From NCBI RefSeq assembly GCF_037042905.1, contig NC_087251.1:34598001-34662000 (forward strand): a stretch of 64,000 bases of DNA. The letters are read 5' to 3'. Under the pieces are notes generated by a model. It was not told the origin of the DNA, ran no database searches, and was given only the letters and a program-made list of their open reading frames with translations. Position numbers and translations under genes: made by a program. Positions 15,401 to 26,191 of this stretch are shown here, piece by piece (the first letter of the stretch is position 1; every line of letters starts with the position of its first letter). The DNA comes from Lytechinus pictus. Lineage: Eukaryota.

Positions 15401-16236
15401 TGTGACAAGTCAAAAAGATGGGATGGGGTATATATACTATTATCATCTCAAGTGAAAAAATCAAAACTGAATTTAACGTACTTTAATAACATGTATGCCT
15501 CTCTATCAATAAACTTTAAAGGAAAATGAAACCTTTGAAATAAGGTAGCTTGTGTGAAAACAGAAAAATCAAAGAAACAGATCAACGCAAGTTTGAGAAA
15601 AATCGAATAAACAATGAATTATGAGCATTTGAAGATTAGATCATTATGTGTAGATCCTCCAGTTGACAATGCAACAAAGACATGTGATGTCACGTGTGAA
15701 CAACTTTCCCATATATCTCACTTAAACTGCCTTTTTTATCACTTCTATCAGTAGATCATATATTCTTTCTGTAGGAGGGTATGTAATACAGATTTTAAAA
15801 GAATACATTATGGATAAACAGTTTGTATCACATAAGAGCAAAAAGAGACAATTTGGGGGTATTTTATAGTCCATCACAGGGAAAGTTGTTCACATGTGAC
15901 ATCACACATCTTTGTCACATTGCCAATAGAAGGATCTCCATATCATTAGTGATCACAATATTCAAATGCTCATAACTTTCTCATTATTTGTCTGATTTTT
16001 CTCAAACTTTCTTTGATCTTATTCTTTGATTTTTCTCTTTTCACACAAGCCCACTTGTTCCAAAGGTTTCATTCCCCTTTAAAATCAAATCCTTACCTCT
16101 CAAAACATCTATCCACGTTATCTGACATGAGCAGGAGCATACAAAGTTGTTCCAGTGCTATGAGCTGCATGTCTCTTTCTTCCCCTTGCCCCATCTGGAG
16201 CCACTCCAGCAGGGTCTCTGGATCCACTTCTGCCAT
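473..16236 (-). CDS. HECTD1: E3 ubiquitin-protein ligase HECTD1, 5' part (first three coding exons; gene continues beyond the left edge)
   Basis: Exons 16236-16097 ([46 protein letters not shown]), 2138-1904 ([60 protein letters not shown]...AEQCIK) and 700-473 ([54 protein letters not shown]...KHEDPH). All junctions are GT-AG with matching phases (2,0,0). The sequence matches the conserved HECTD1 N-terminal ARM region as I recall it. Confidence 0.95.
1405..1845. repeat. Foldback-type repeat: TTGGTCTA short repeats facing inverted TAGACCAA repeats
   Basis: Many ttggtcta(c/a) units at 1405-1580 and reverse-complement tagacca units at 1660-1845. Confidence 0.55.
3072..3484. mobile_element. Degenerate Kolobok-like MITE
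   Basis: Ends AGGGGAAGTTCATCCTG / CAGGGTGAAATTACCC followed by TTAA. The right half resembles the other TTAA-flanked MITEs in the window. Confidence 0.55.
3700..4482 (+). mobile_element. Possible highly decayed LINE 3' end
   Basis: Degraded coding-like stretch followed by a T-rich UTR-like region and an (TCAAA)n tail at about 4466-4482. No intact motif was recognised. Confidence 0.3.
5512..5676. repeat. Near-perfect ~165-bp hairpin at the end of a CpG-rich ~520-bp insertion (from about 5160)
   Basis: ACAAATAGCGAATA..TGGTGCGAGATTTCGCAT..GGTGAAAGAAAGA..GCTCTATTCAAC / loop / GTTGAATAGAGC..TCTTTCTTTCACC..ATGCGAAATCTCGCACCA..TATTCGCTATTTGT. Confidence 0.85.
6630..7240. mobile_element. Tc1/mariner-pogo-type non-autonomous element with CCGTA termini and IR/DR organisation
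   Basis: TIR CCGTATGGGTACTAGTATTCAACCCG / CGGGTTGAATACTAGTGCCCTTACGG followed by TA. The ACTAGTATTCAACC motif recurs internally at about 6831 (direct) and about 7017 and 7037 (inverted). Confidence 0.8.
8601..8830. mobile_element. Harbinger-like MITE (sister copy at 52990-53245)
   Basis: GGGCCCGTCTT..ACAAA / TTTGTAAGACGGGACCC ends with CTG/CAG flanks. Internal sequence (aaatccatccataccataattttt, gcattttagatgttgac) is shared with 52990-53245. Confidence 0.7.
9020..9583. mobile_element. Diverged copy of the Kolobok-like palindromic MITE family
   Basis: Right end CCGGAGCATCCCT-TTAA. The body aligns with 10654-11248 and 24060-24628 in opposite orientation. Confidence 0.75.
10654..11248. mobile_element. 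Kolobok-like MITE with ~200-bp TIRs
   Basis: TTAA|AGGGATGGTCCAGGCTGAAA ... TTTCAGCCCAGACCATCTCT|TTAA. A TTAA TSD with AG...CT termini is the Kolobok signature. Long mirrored arms. Confidence 0.85.
11440..11625. mobile_element. Short palindromic MITE (Harbinger-like)
   Basis: GGGTGTTTCATAAAG..GAGCGACTT..GAATGACTGGTGATCCTTT / AAAGGATCACCAGTCATTC..AAGTCGCTC..CTTTATGAAATGGCCC. Confidence 0.75.
11735..11943. mobile_element. MITE with GCCCTGTCACATCGTTCC TIRs; a related half-copy sits inside the palindrome at 10272-10423
   Basis: AGGCCCTGTCACATCGTTCCGTGCAAGC / GCTTGCATGGAACGATGTGACAGGGCT. The same right end occurs at 10341-10368. Confidence 0.7.
13553..13783 (-). mobile_element. tRNA-derived SINE (MetaSINE-like core)
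   Basis: Minus strand: A box TAGCTCAGTCGG, B box GGTTCGATTCCC, core GAGGACCTTAAGCCGTTGGTCCC, (CATAA)n tail. It does not close a tRNA acceptor stem. Confidence 0.8.
14451..14782. mobile_element. Harbinger-like MITE
   Basis: GGCCCGTATTCTGAAGTCAGGTTT / AAACCCGAGTTTGGAATATGGGC ends, with internal GGGAGCCAA/TTGGCTCTCC mirroring. Confidence 0.6.
15520..16078. mobile_element. Kolobok-like MITE (second family), long TIRs
   Basis: TTAA|AGGAAAATGAAACCTTTG ... CAAAGGTTTCATTCCCCT|TTAA with mirrored arms of about 190 bp. Confidence 0.85.
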
Positions 16237-16664
16237 TGCTGGATCTGCCTCACGGCTCCCCCTAACACCACGGCCAAGTTATGCTGGAGAAACCTCCCCT
16301 TATAACCAGTATTTGACTATGAGGCTCTGCACATTGAAAAAATAAAACAAAAAATATTCAATTGAACTTTGACAGTGCATTTACATACATGTATACCACT
16401 AACTGAATGTTCAAATACTCCTAGTGAATGTTCCAATACTGATACTACAGCACATGTAGGTGAACCTCTACCGAATCCTGATACATTATTTGACATTTTG
16501 GATGGACCTCTATTATCGGGGAAGTACCCTACATGTATGTTCAGAGATACACATGTATCGCTGAACGCGATGTTCCTTAAAGGGATTCAATGGTCCGGGC
16601 TGAAAATATTTATATCTTAATACACTGAATTTTTAATAACACGAGATTACACATAATTATTACA

Positions 16665-17615
16665 ATAATAATGATTATTCATAATCACGTATCAAATTTA
16701 GTATTTGTTAAATAATAATTTGTATCTATAAATTGTTCTTCAAAACGGCATTTTGTAACATCGCTAATCGAAGGTACGTCATAACGAAGCGGTTAAAGGG
16801 TCAGACCTATTGTATTTGCTTTGTTGACAAACGGATCGAGGGATCTATAAGAGATCGGTCTGGTAAGAAACCTTCAATTTTTCACCTTTTTATTAACCAG
16901 TTTTTCAACCTTCATACGCATTAGGCATATGAAGGTGAAAAAATAAATAAAATCACAAACATTTACATGATTTCTATCTACAAAGATGGATTTTCTAGGG
17001 AAATCCATCTGTTTGATGTGTCTCTTATACATATATGGGAGGCGGTTCAAGGCTCCAAAATGAAGAAGTAGATCTAACGTCTATGCGCAGTGAGTCGCCA
17101 TGTGCAATTTTTTACTGTTGCACCACTCACCTGTCACTGCCTGACCAAAATGGTTCTAGAAATCTTTTGCAATGTTGAAAAGTGTCTTGTGGCATCTGAT
17201 ATTAATCCTCAGTAATTTCCTGAAATGCTGCAACGTTTTTATTATTATAATAATTATTTATAATCACGTATTAAATTTTAGTATTTGTTAAATAATCATT
17301 TTTATCTATAAATTGTTCTTCAAAACGGCATTTTGTAACATCGCTAATCGTAGCTACGTCATAACGAAGCGGTTCAAGGGTCAGACCTATTGTATTTGCT
17401 TTGACAAATGTATCGAGGGGTCTACATTTTCATTAACCAGTTTTTGACACCTTCATACGCATTAGGCGTAGGAAGGTGTAAACTTAAAAATAAATAAAAT
17501 CACCACCATTTACGTAATTTTTTTCTTAAAAGATGGATTTCCTAGGGAAATCCATCTTTGTTTTGGTCAGTCTCTTATGCGTCTATGGGAAGTGTCAAGA
17601 CTCCATGAAGAAGTT
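16665..17615. repeat. Direct duplication of a ~390-bp multi-hairpin segment (about 16665-17070 and 17245-17615)
   Basis: Both copies share TATCTATAAATTGTTCTTCAAAACGGCATTTTGTAACATCGCTAATCG...TCAGACCTATTGTATTTGCTTTG and two stem-loops. Confidence 0.9.
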
Positions 17616-18215
17616 TGTCAAAATATTTAAAAAAACATCATCATAGAGTCCTCAAGTCAGACTACCAATACCATTGACCAGTCTGTCAAAACCACCCTTT
17701 TTCTTGAAAATCAGTGTTTTTTATACCCTTAACGAGTCCACACGCGGACCGCGTCCAAAACTGAAAAAACACCCCTTTAAACGTGTTTTTTGGTCACACG
17801 TGTGTACAGAAATATATTTCACTGGCCCCCTCCCCCCCCCCCCCCGGGCCCGGGGGGGGGGGAGGGGGCCACATTTTGCACACACAGAAAAACTCGTTTA
17901 GGGGGTGTTTGGAAATTACTTGGTCACGGATGTGTCCAGCAATATATTTGACTGGGCCCCGGGCCTTTCTTCTTAAACCGGGCCTGGCTCTTTAAATTTC
18001 ATGCAGTTCATCTTTCGCAGCGCAACACGCAGCATGATCTGCGCCGCGCCGTGGCCGCTCCACTGTTCACACACGTACACGAAACAAGCCAACAAACATG
18101 CATCACCAGGCAGCGAGATCAGAAAATTCGAGATCATCACACTTTTCAACATCATTCTACTACACTTTAGAGCAGGAAAATTGAACAATATTATCACTTT
18201 AAAAGCAATACTCAC

Positions 18216-18400
18216 CTGAATTAAAATATTTATAAATATAAGAGCATAATCCTTTGTTTGGACAGTTGTTGTTATTTATTTTCGGAGTGTCCCCTCCGCT
18301 TTGTCTCTCATTTTTTCTGTTGTGACGATTGAAACCGGAAATCGTATTAATAGAACAGCGATGTGACCTATGACACACACCGAAAAGCATGCCCTTGCCT
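18216..18400 (-). promoter_or_regulatory. Probable non-coding first exon / promoter region of HECTD1
   Basis: Perfect CAG|GTGAGT donor at 18216/18215 beside a CpG-richer stretch (18000-18400). The ATG exon has an upstream polypyrimidine acceptor (TGTGCAG, exon start 16326), which implies a 5' UTR exon. The TSS is not determinable. Confidence 0.5.
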
Positions 18401-19294
18401 TCTCAGTGGAAATGTAAATAGCGCAATCTCTGACAAAGATAATTCCCCCTCAATTCAATTACATTTCCTATCCCATATATTGAGATGAAATTCAGTTTTA
18501 GTAAAGAAAGGTTCAGAACTAAGGTAAGGGGAGGGATTCTGGGTGTTCAAGCAGCCCACCCCCGCCCCCCCCCCCAAATAAAGTATATTATACAATAGTT
18601 TGTTTTGGTTTGCCTGGTTTTTTTTTTTACTTTGTTTTTCTTTCAACTTGATCTTTCTTTTTTTGTTGTTGCTTGTTTGTTTGACAGATTTTAATTATAG
18701 GAGGCAAATGTTGACGCTCCATGGACGATCATTTTGTCGATGAAACCTTAATTTTTCCAAAAAGATAACCCTGATGAAAAAAAAATTGCATGGATTCGGG
18801 AAGAAGTTCACTTTTTCCTCGGGCTGATTTTCATCTCAAACGACTAAACTAATAAAAAGGGAGAACTTGAATGAAATCAGATATTACCAAAATAATGAAT
18901 AGTGAAAAGGTAAGTCAACAAGGGGAAGAGTATCTTGCATCACAAAAAAAGGGGAAAGAAAGGGGGAGCTGGAGCCAATGAGGTAGACATGCAATTTACA
19001 CATAAAAGAAGCAAGGCCTCCTTCAGCATAAGAGTGCATATAATTGAAATTATAACTTTTCTTAGATTGAATTTTCTCTCCCCTGCATCAGGATGGATTC
19101 CCCCTTTGATCTAGTGCCCGGCCGGCCTCGCATTCAGAATCTCCTCCACATGCCTATACTACATGTATTTCTAGATTATTTCACATGTATTATCTTTACT
19201 CTGGATTTTATTCATACAGGCCTCAATGTAAAGAAGTTTTTCTATCAATATTGAAATAAAACTTTATCTTAACCCTTTCTACTTTTGCCCACCC

Positions 19295-20160
19295 TCCCCC
19301 CCTCTTTCACTTCTCTTTCTCTCCCTTCCCTGGGTTCTTTCTTTTAGTCTCTCCCATATCCCTTCTCTCTCTAGCTCTTTCCCTTCTCTGTCTCACCTCC
19401 TTCGAATCTCTCACTCCCCCTCTCTTTCACTTCTCTCATTTCCCTTTAATCTCTCCCTTCCCTGTGTTCTTTCTTTTCTCTCTCCCATATCCCATCTCTT
19501 TCTAGCATTTTCCCTTCTCTGTCTCACCTCCTTCGAATCTCTCACTCCCCCTCTCTTTCACTTCTCTCATTTCCCTTCAATCTCTCCCTTTCCTATGTTC
19601 TTTCTTTTCTCTCTCCCATATCCCTTCTCTTTCTAGCTCTTTCCCTTCTCCGTCTCACCTCCTTCGAATCTCTCACTCCCCCTCTCTTTCACTTCTCTCA
19701 TTTCCCTTTAATCTCTCCCTTCCCTGTGTTCTTTCTTTTCTCTCTCCCATATCCCTTCTCTTTCCCTTCTCTGTCTCACCTCCTTCGAATCTCTCACTCC
19801 CCCTCTCTTTCACTTCTCTCATTTCCCTTTAATCTCTCCCTTCCCTGTGTTCTTTCTTTTCTCTCTCCCATATCCCATCTCTTTCTAGCATTTTCCCTTC
19901 TCTGTATCACCTCCTTCGAATCTCTCACTCCCCCCTCTTTCACTTCTCTCTCTCTCTCTCCCTTCCCTGTGTTCTTTCTTTTCTCTCTCCCATATCCCAT
20001 CTCTTTCTAGCGCTTTCCCTTCTCTGTCTCATCTCCTTCAAATCTCCCCCCCCCCCTCTAGCTCTTTCACTTCTCTCCCTTCCCTCTGTTCTTTTTATTA
20101 TCTCTCCCATATATCCCTTCTCTGTCTCACCTCCTTCGAATCTCTCACTCCCCACCCCCC
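19295..20160. repeat. Pyrimidine-rich minisatellite, ~130-bp unit, ~6-7 copies
   Basis: The unit ctctttcacttctctcatttccctttaatctctcccttccctgtgttctttcttttctctctcccatatccc...ccttcgaatctctcactccc recurs at about 19420, 19550, 19680, 19800 and 19935. Confidence 0.95.
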
Positions 20161-20284
20161 CCCTCGTTCTCATCCTAGCAGTGTCAGCTCTCAATAACTT
20201 TCATTCACCATTATTTTCATACACTCCCCCCCCCCAAAAAAAAAAATAAATAAATAAATAAATAAAAAAAACAAGCAAAAAAAA

Positions 20285-21243
20285 AAACAAGTGGAATGCC
20301 TCTGGCCGTCTCACCTGCATCACGCGATTCAATATAGCAGCAGTGCTGATTTTGAAAACTACTATAACTCGCCCAAGATGTTCAGTGATACTTGGTTACT
20401 CGTATTTCCACGTTTTATGAACTAGACCAATACACTTATAGAGATATGATGGCAATTCAACAAATACCCCCAACGTGGCCAAAGTTCTTTGACCTTACAT
20501 GACCTTTGACCTTGATCATGTGACCTGAAACTCGCACAGGATGTTCAGTGATACTTGATTACTCTTATGTCCAAGTTTTATGAACTAGACCAACACACTT
20601 TCAAATTTATGGCTGTAATTCAACAAATACCCCAATTTGGCCAAAGTTCGTTGACCCTAAATGACCTTTGACCTTGATCACGTGACCTGAAACTTGCACA
20701 GGATGTTCAGTAATACTTGATAACTATTATGTCCAAGTTTCATGAATCAGATCCATAAACTTTTAAAGTTATGATGGTAATTCAACAGATACCCCCAATT
20801 CGGCCAAAGTTCATTGACCCTAAATGACCTTTGACCTTCGTTATGTGACGTGAAACTCATGCAGGATGTTCAGTGATACTTGATTAACCTTATGTATAAG
20901 TTTCATGAACTAGGTCCATATATTTTCTAAGTTATGATGACATTTCAAAAACTTAACCTTAGGTTAAGATTTTGATGTTGATTCCCCCAACATGGTCTAA
21001 GTTCATTGACCCTAAATGACCTTTGACCTTGGTCATGTGACATGAAACTCAGGCAGGATGTTCAGTAATACTTGATTAACCTTATGGCCAAGTTTCATGA
21101 ACTAGGTCCATATACTTTCTAAGTTATGCTGTCATTTCAAAAACTTAACCTTAGGTTAAGATTTGGTGTTGACGCCGCCGCCGCCGTCGCCGTCGGAAAA
21201 GCGGCGCCTATAGTCTCACTCTGCTATGCAGGTGAGACAAAAA
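20285..21243 (-). mobile_element. Helentron-associated (HINE / Tsp-Pearl-like) element with an internal ~130-190-bp tandem array
   Basis: Subterminal IR GTCTCACCTGCAT near both ends, a short internal IR (GTGAGAC), a (GGC)n microsatellite, tandem units containing TGACCTTTGACCTT, T-rich flanks and no clear TSD. Confidence 0.8.
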
Positions 21244-21921
21244 TCAATATGAAAAAAATTAAACAAATTACCCAAAAAAAAAGAAAAAATAATCATCAGG
21301 AAACTGACACCTACCCATTTCCCAATAATTAACAAATTATTACACAGATTTACTTTTAAGGCAGAACATACCCTGGAAAGAGTGAGAATGAAACACATAA
21401 ACATAACTCCCAAAATCAAATGCAACCTGATAATTATCCAATCACAAGCAGGTATTGCAGACCTGCATTTGATTTTTAATAAAGTTGTATTTATATGCAA
21501 ATCTCTCTGTAACTGGTCCCTGAACACATTTTCACTAGGAATACAAATTCTTCTAACAGTGGACACAAAAGAGGAGTCCATCACATACACACACTAATGT
21601 CAGGGTTTATTACATTTAAAAGATTTATTACATCACTAAATACAGATGATAGAAATTGTACAATCCAAATATTCTTACTAGGAATTACATAAAGCTTTCA
21701 ACTTGGTCACAATATTCATATAACCATTAACATAAAAAGTTGAGGAATGTAGGATTTTTTAGAAATATCTACACACCAGTATCATCAATGATATATTTGT
21801 CGGAAACTGATTATTATTTTACAAAGTAGAGCACAATCTTTCTAACTGATTTCATGTGAACATAAATCAATGCATGTACCAAATGCAGACACATGACAAA
21901 TTACTTCCAATCTTACATATA

Positions 21922-23158
21922 CAGTGCGTCCCAGAAAAAATGAAACCGTGATTCAGTGTAAATTTTCCTATCATGATCATAAATTTACTTTATAAATGTA
22001 CATGAATGGAAAGATATACTTCTCTTCTTTTATTTGAGGCCCATCTAACATTCATAATGCACGCATGACTGAGTTAGAACAATGAAAAGCGGTGGTACTA
22101 AATTTCCCTTTGCACGAGCAAATCGTGATTTTGAGTGAGTTTTGCCATCTTTCACCGTTATCTATTCGGAAAACAAATTTTATAACTTGAATATTCATCT
22201 TTTCCTATTCCATATGAGACCTTATGCATAAAAAAAGAATGATGCATGGTCAAGAAAAAATTGCATGAAAACATGCTCAATTTCTACCTATTCGGTGGAT
22301 CGTTGAAAAACAAAGCAGCAGACAATAGGCTAACAGTGAATGCTGTTCGGAAGGGGGAAGGAAAGCCCTTTATTGTTGCAGCCTGGAGTCTATGGCTGTG
22401 AGAATTCAATGTTTTTTTTAATGTTTTTTAAATGTTACAATGGTAATAATTTTAATGAGTTTTATCTCAAATTTCTCTCAGTTATTTCATTCGTCGCTAC
22501 ATTTCACACGGGCGGCAGAATATGTTAGAAGGCAGTGGGGCACAGCAAAAAGGGGTACATCACTTTTTACAATTGAAGGGAAGAAAGCCCTTTTCTCAAG
22601 TTGTTTTTCTTTAAGTGGGTCACCCCTCCCCCCCCCCTCCAACATTCCACCGCCCCTGCCTTGTCTCATCATTTCAAGCAATTTTTTTTACAAGTTTTAC
22701 AAAAAGAATTCAAAAATAACATTCAAGCCAACCATAAAATCACACTCACCGCGCATTCACCGGTAGTTTTTCAACAATCCGTCCAATAGGTAGAAATCAA
22801 GCATGTTTTCATGCAACTTTATCTCAACAATGCATCAATCATATTTTATGCATGAGGTCTCATATGAAAGATGAAAAAATGAATATTAAAGTAATGAACT
22901 TTGTTTTCCAAATACATAGCAGTAAAAGCCAGAAAAAGTCACTCAAATTTGTAATTTGCTTGTGCAAATGGAAATTTGCTAGCATCACTTTCAATTGTTC
23001 TAACTCAGTCATTTAAGCACCATGAACGTTGAGATGGGCTTCAAATGAAAGAGGGAAAGTGTATCTTTTCATTGATGTACATCTCATGATGCAAATTCAT
23101 AATCATGATGGCAAAAAAATACACTGAATTCTGGTTTCCTTTTTTCTGGGACGCATGG
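21922..23158. mobile_element. Tc1/mariner-type non-autonomous element, ~390-bp TIRs
   Basis: TA|CAGTGCGTCCCAGAAAAAA ... TTTTTTCTGGGACGCATGG|TA. Arms 21922-22310 and 22770-23158 are reverse complements. Confidence 0.85.
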
Positions 23159-24059
23159 TACATACAAAACTAAAATGAAAAAGAAATGTAGATAGATTCT
23201 ACACATGCTTCAAATTAATGTATTTCTACAGCCAGATCATAATTGTAGAATTTAATCAAAATAAATATCAATCTATGAGTAGATTTAAATACCTTCGTCA
23301 TTTATATTATTGTCAAAACTGACTGACAATTGGCTCAAAATCTCATACTATTACCATTAAATATTAGTATATATGTATTTGTACACGGGCGATGTTTTCA
23401 CCAACTTATGAATTTCTAAACCTACTTTCATCATTGTCACTATTAGTAGACAACATCACACGAGTCAGGTTAGAGGTTGATCTATTAAAGTGTTTCCAAG
23501 TTTATCGGGAGAATAAAAATGGGAAGGACCATGGACCTGAACACAAAATGTATCTCTAGAGCATTTCATGAAAGGTTTGGTCAGTGATTTTCACTCACTA
23601 ATATGCACTCAGCCAATCAGATGCAAGCATTTACATTATAGCCTATAACATCTGTCACTGAAAAATCAACGATCAAAATTTAATGAAATACTGACTTCCT
23701 TGGCAACCACCTTTGATGGAAACAGGGACTCTCCTTCATTGCTGTAGAAGAGTACAGAACAGAAAAATCAAGAAATGTTATTGTTTGAATGCATATCACA
23801 CATACTGCTTTCCAATTCATGAGATACATTGCCAATATATTTCATTACTACAATTTAATATAATATAAATAACTGATTATAATATACTGCATTTGAAAAG
23901 CATTTGCTAAAAATCAACTATTACCCTGGTCCCTGGATTTAGGTAAGCCAGTACTTCTGATACTACATTATAAACAAAATTATATTCAGCATTGGAAATA
24001 GTACCTCATTACATTAACCATATTCCTTCCACCCAACAACATTCTCTAGTATGTGCTAA

Positions 24060-24628
24060 AGGGATGGTCCGGGCTGAAAATATTTATATCTTAATACATA
24101 AGAGTAGAATTCACTGAGCAAAATGCTGAAAATTTCATCAAAATTGGTTAACAAATGATAAAGTTATTGAAGTTTAAAGTTTAGCAATATTTTGTGAAAA
24201 CAGTCTTCATGAATATTTATTAGATGGGCTGATGATGTCACATCCCCACTTTCCGTTTTCTTATGTTATTACATAAAATCATATTTTTTTCATTATTTCA
24301 TACTTGTGTGAATAATATGTCTCCCTTATAATGAAATAAGTTGCAGCAATAAATATCCAATGCACTAAATCAGTTGTCAATCCAATTTTTCTAGTTCTTG
24401 GAGGAAAAAATTTGAATAAACCTAATTTCATATAATAAAATACAAAAGAACAAGTGGGGATGTGACATCATCAGCCCACCTAATGAATATTCATGATGAC
24501 TGTTTTCACAAAATATTGCCAAACTTTAAAATTCAATAACTTAATTATTTGTTATCCGATTTTGATGAAATTTTTGGCATTTTGCTCAGTGAATTCTACT
24601 CTATTTATTAAGCTATACTTTCAGTCCT
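24060..24628. mobile_element. Kolobok-like MITE, same family as 10654-11248
   Basis: AGGGATGGTCCGGGCTGAAAATA start; highly similar body; CCT-TTAA end. Confidence 0.85.
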
Positions 24629-24963
24629 TTAATAAGTATTCATTTTACCTTTGAACAATATTACGTATGACAAAAATAATAGGCTACTGAAACCTGGAGT
24701 ATATGCAAAATGCATAAAATACTGTGAGTTACATTAAAAGCAAAAGGAAGTTATCAAAAATTATTTTAGCAAAAATTATCTTTCACCTATTCATCAGCAA
24801 TCTACTTGTGTCTAATGTCAAGCAAATGTAAATATATTACAGCTCACCAAAACAAAATACTAAATAACCATAATACACCAAATTATTCTGATAAACATAT
24901 ATTTGGCACTTTAAGCAACTACTGATAGACCATGAACAGGTAGTGGCAAAAATTCAAGACGTA

Positions 24964-25198
24964 ATGTACTACACTCTTAGTGGACTACATTAACCTGTAA
25001 AATGATGAGTACTCAAATGGTAAAGTACTAGAATTTAGGAATGTACTACACACGCAGTGGACTACATTAACCTGTAAAATGGTAAGTACTCAAATGGTAA
25101 AGTTCTAGAATTTAGGGATGTACTACACACGTAGTGGACTACATTAACCTGTAAAATGGTAAGTACTCAAATGGTAAAGTACTAAAATTTAGGGAGGT
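24964..25198. repeat. 77-bp tandem repeat x3
   Basis: ATGTACTACAC..AGTGGACTACATTAACCTGTAAAATG..AGTACTCAAATGGTAAAGT..AATTTAGG starting at 24964, 25041 and 25118. Confidence 0.95.
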
Positions 25199-25611
25199 AC
25201 AAGCACTCATTCTGAAAACTATCCTTTTCTTATGTTAAGTGTCACAAAACATGGTTATGCAATGAAGGTCCATGGGTGCAAATACTACAATAATTCACCA
25301 ACATATTCAAATATTGTGCAATGTGAGATGATATAATATAATTCACATTATTGACTCTCTACCAAATATTTAGATTGGCTTCAACAATACAAGTTACATT
25401 GTCTCTAATGGGGCTTTCACAATTGCTCGTGCGAACGTTTGCGATCATTTGATCCGAATATATGTTGCACACAATCGCAATGGTTGTGAGCAGTCGCACC
25501 ACCAATTGTGGAAGGGGCTTTAGTCACTGATGAGTGCCTAGTGCATGTCTTGCTTAGAACATTTCTATGCTGAAACATTACTCAGAAGTGTTTCATTAAA
25601 AAAAAAGTTTT

Positions 25612-25770
25612 GGGGCCTGTTTCATGAAGGACTTGCAACTGTTGTAACTTTGCTATTATAGCAACTACCATGGCCACCTTGATTCTGATTGGCTGCTGAG
25701 CCCTGTTACTATGGTAGTTGCCATAATGGCAAAGTTACAACAGCTGCAAGTCCTTTATGAAACGGGCCCC
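25612..25770. mobile_element. Palindromic Harbinger-like MITE
   Basis: GGGGCCTGTTTCATGAAGGACTTGCAACTGTTGTAACTTTGC / GCAAAGTTACAACAGCTGCAAGTCCTTTATGAAACGGGCCCC. Confidence 0.8.
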
Positions 25771-26191
25771 TGGTGGTGATTTATCAACATCAGACGTTGT
25801 AAGCTTCTGTAAATCCTTGCATCTGATTGGCTCAGAGCATATTAGTCTGTGAAAATCACTGACATAATTTTTCATGAAGCGCTCCTCAGAAGAAACATCA
25901 TTCCAAGTTTTGTACTTCTAATACCAGGGCCCCACAATGAATAGCAAATATGAGAGAACACTTCTGATTGGTTCCTGGTCAGTATTTTGCGCCAAATGCT
26001 CGTGTAATGTTGATCTTGATTGGTGAGTTCATTTAGCGATTGATCGCTAATCTTTGTGTTACGGAGCCCAGGAGTGTGAGTAAACACTACAAAATATAGA
26101 TAAAATTGCAAAAGCTCCACTACTTTTTTCTACACACAAAGTACACATAAAAGCTGAAAATAAGCTGAATTTAAAATGTACAAAACAAATA

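Noticed and set aside
19726..20194. ORFs in the pyrimidine minisatellite
   Set aside because: Low-complexity repeat translation.
24964..25198. CRISPR-like array (also considered for the HINE arrays)
   Set aside because: Whole units repeat with no unique spacers; eukaryotic context; no cas genes.
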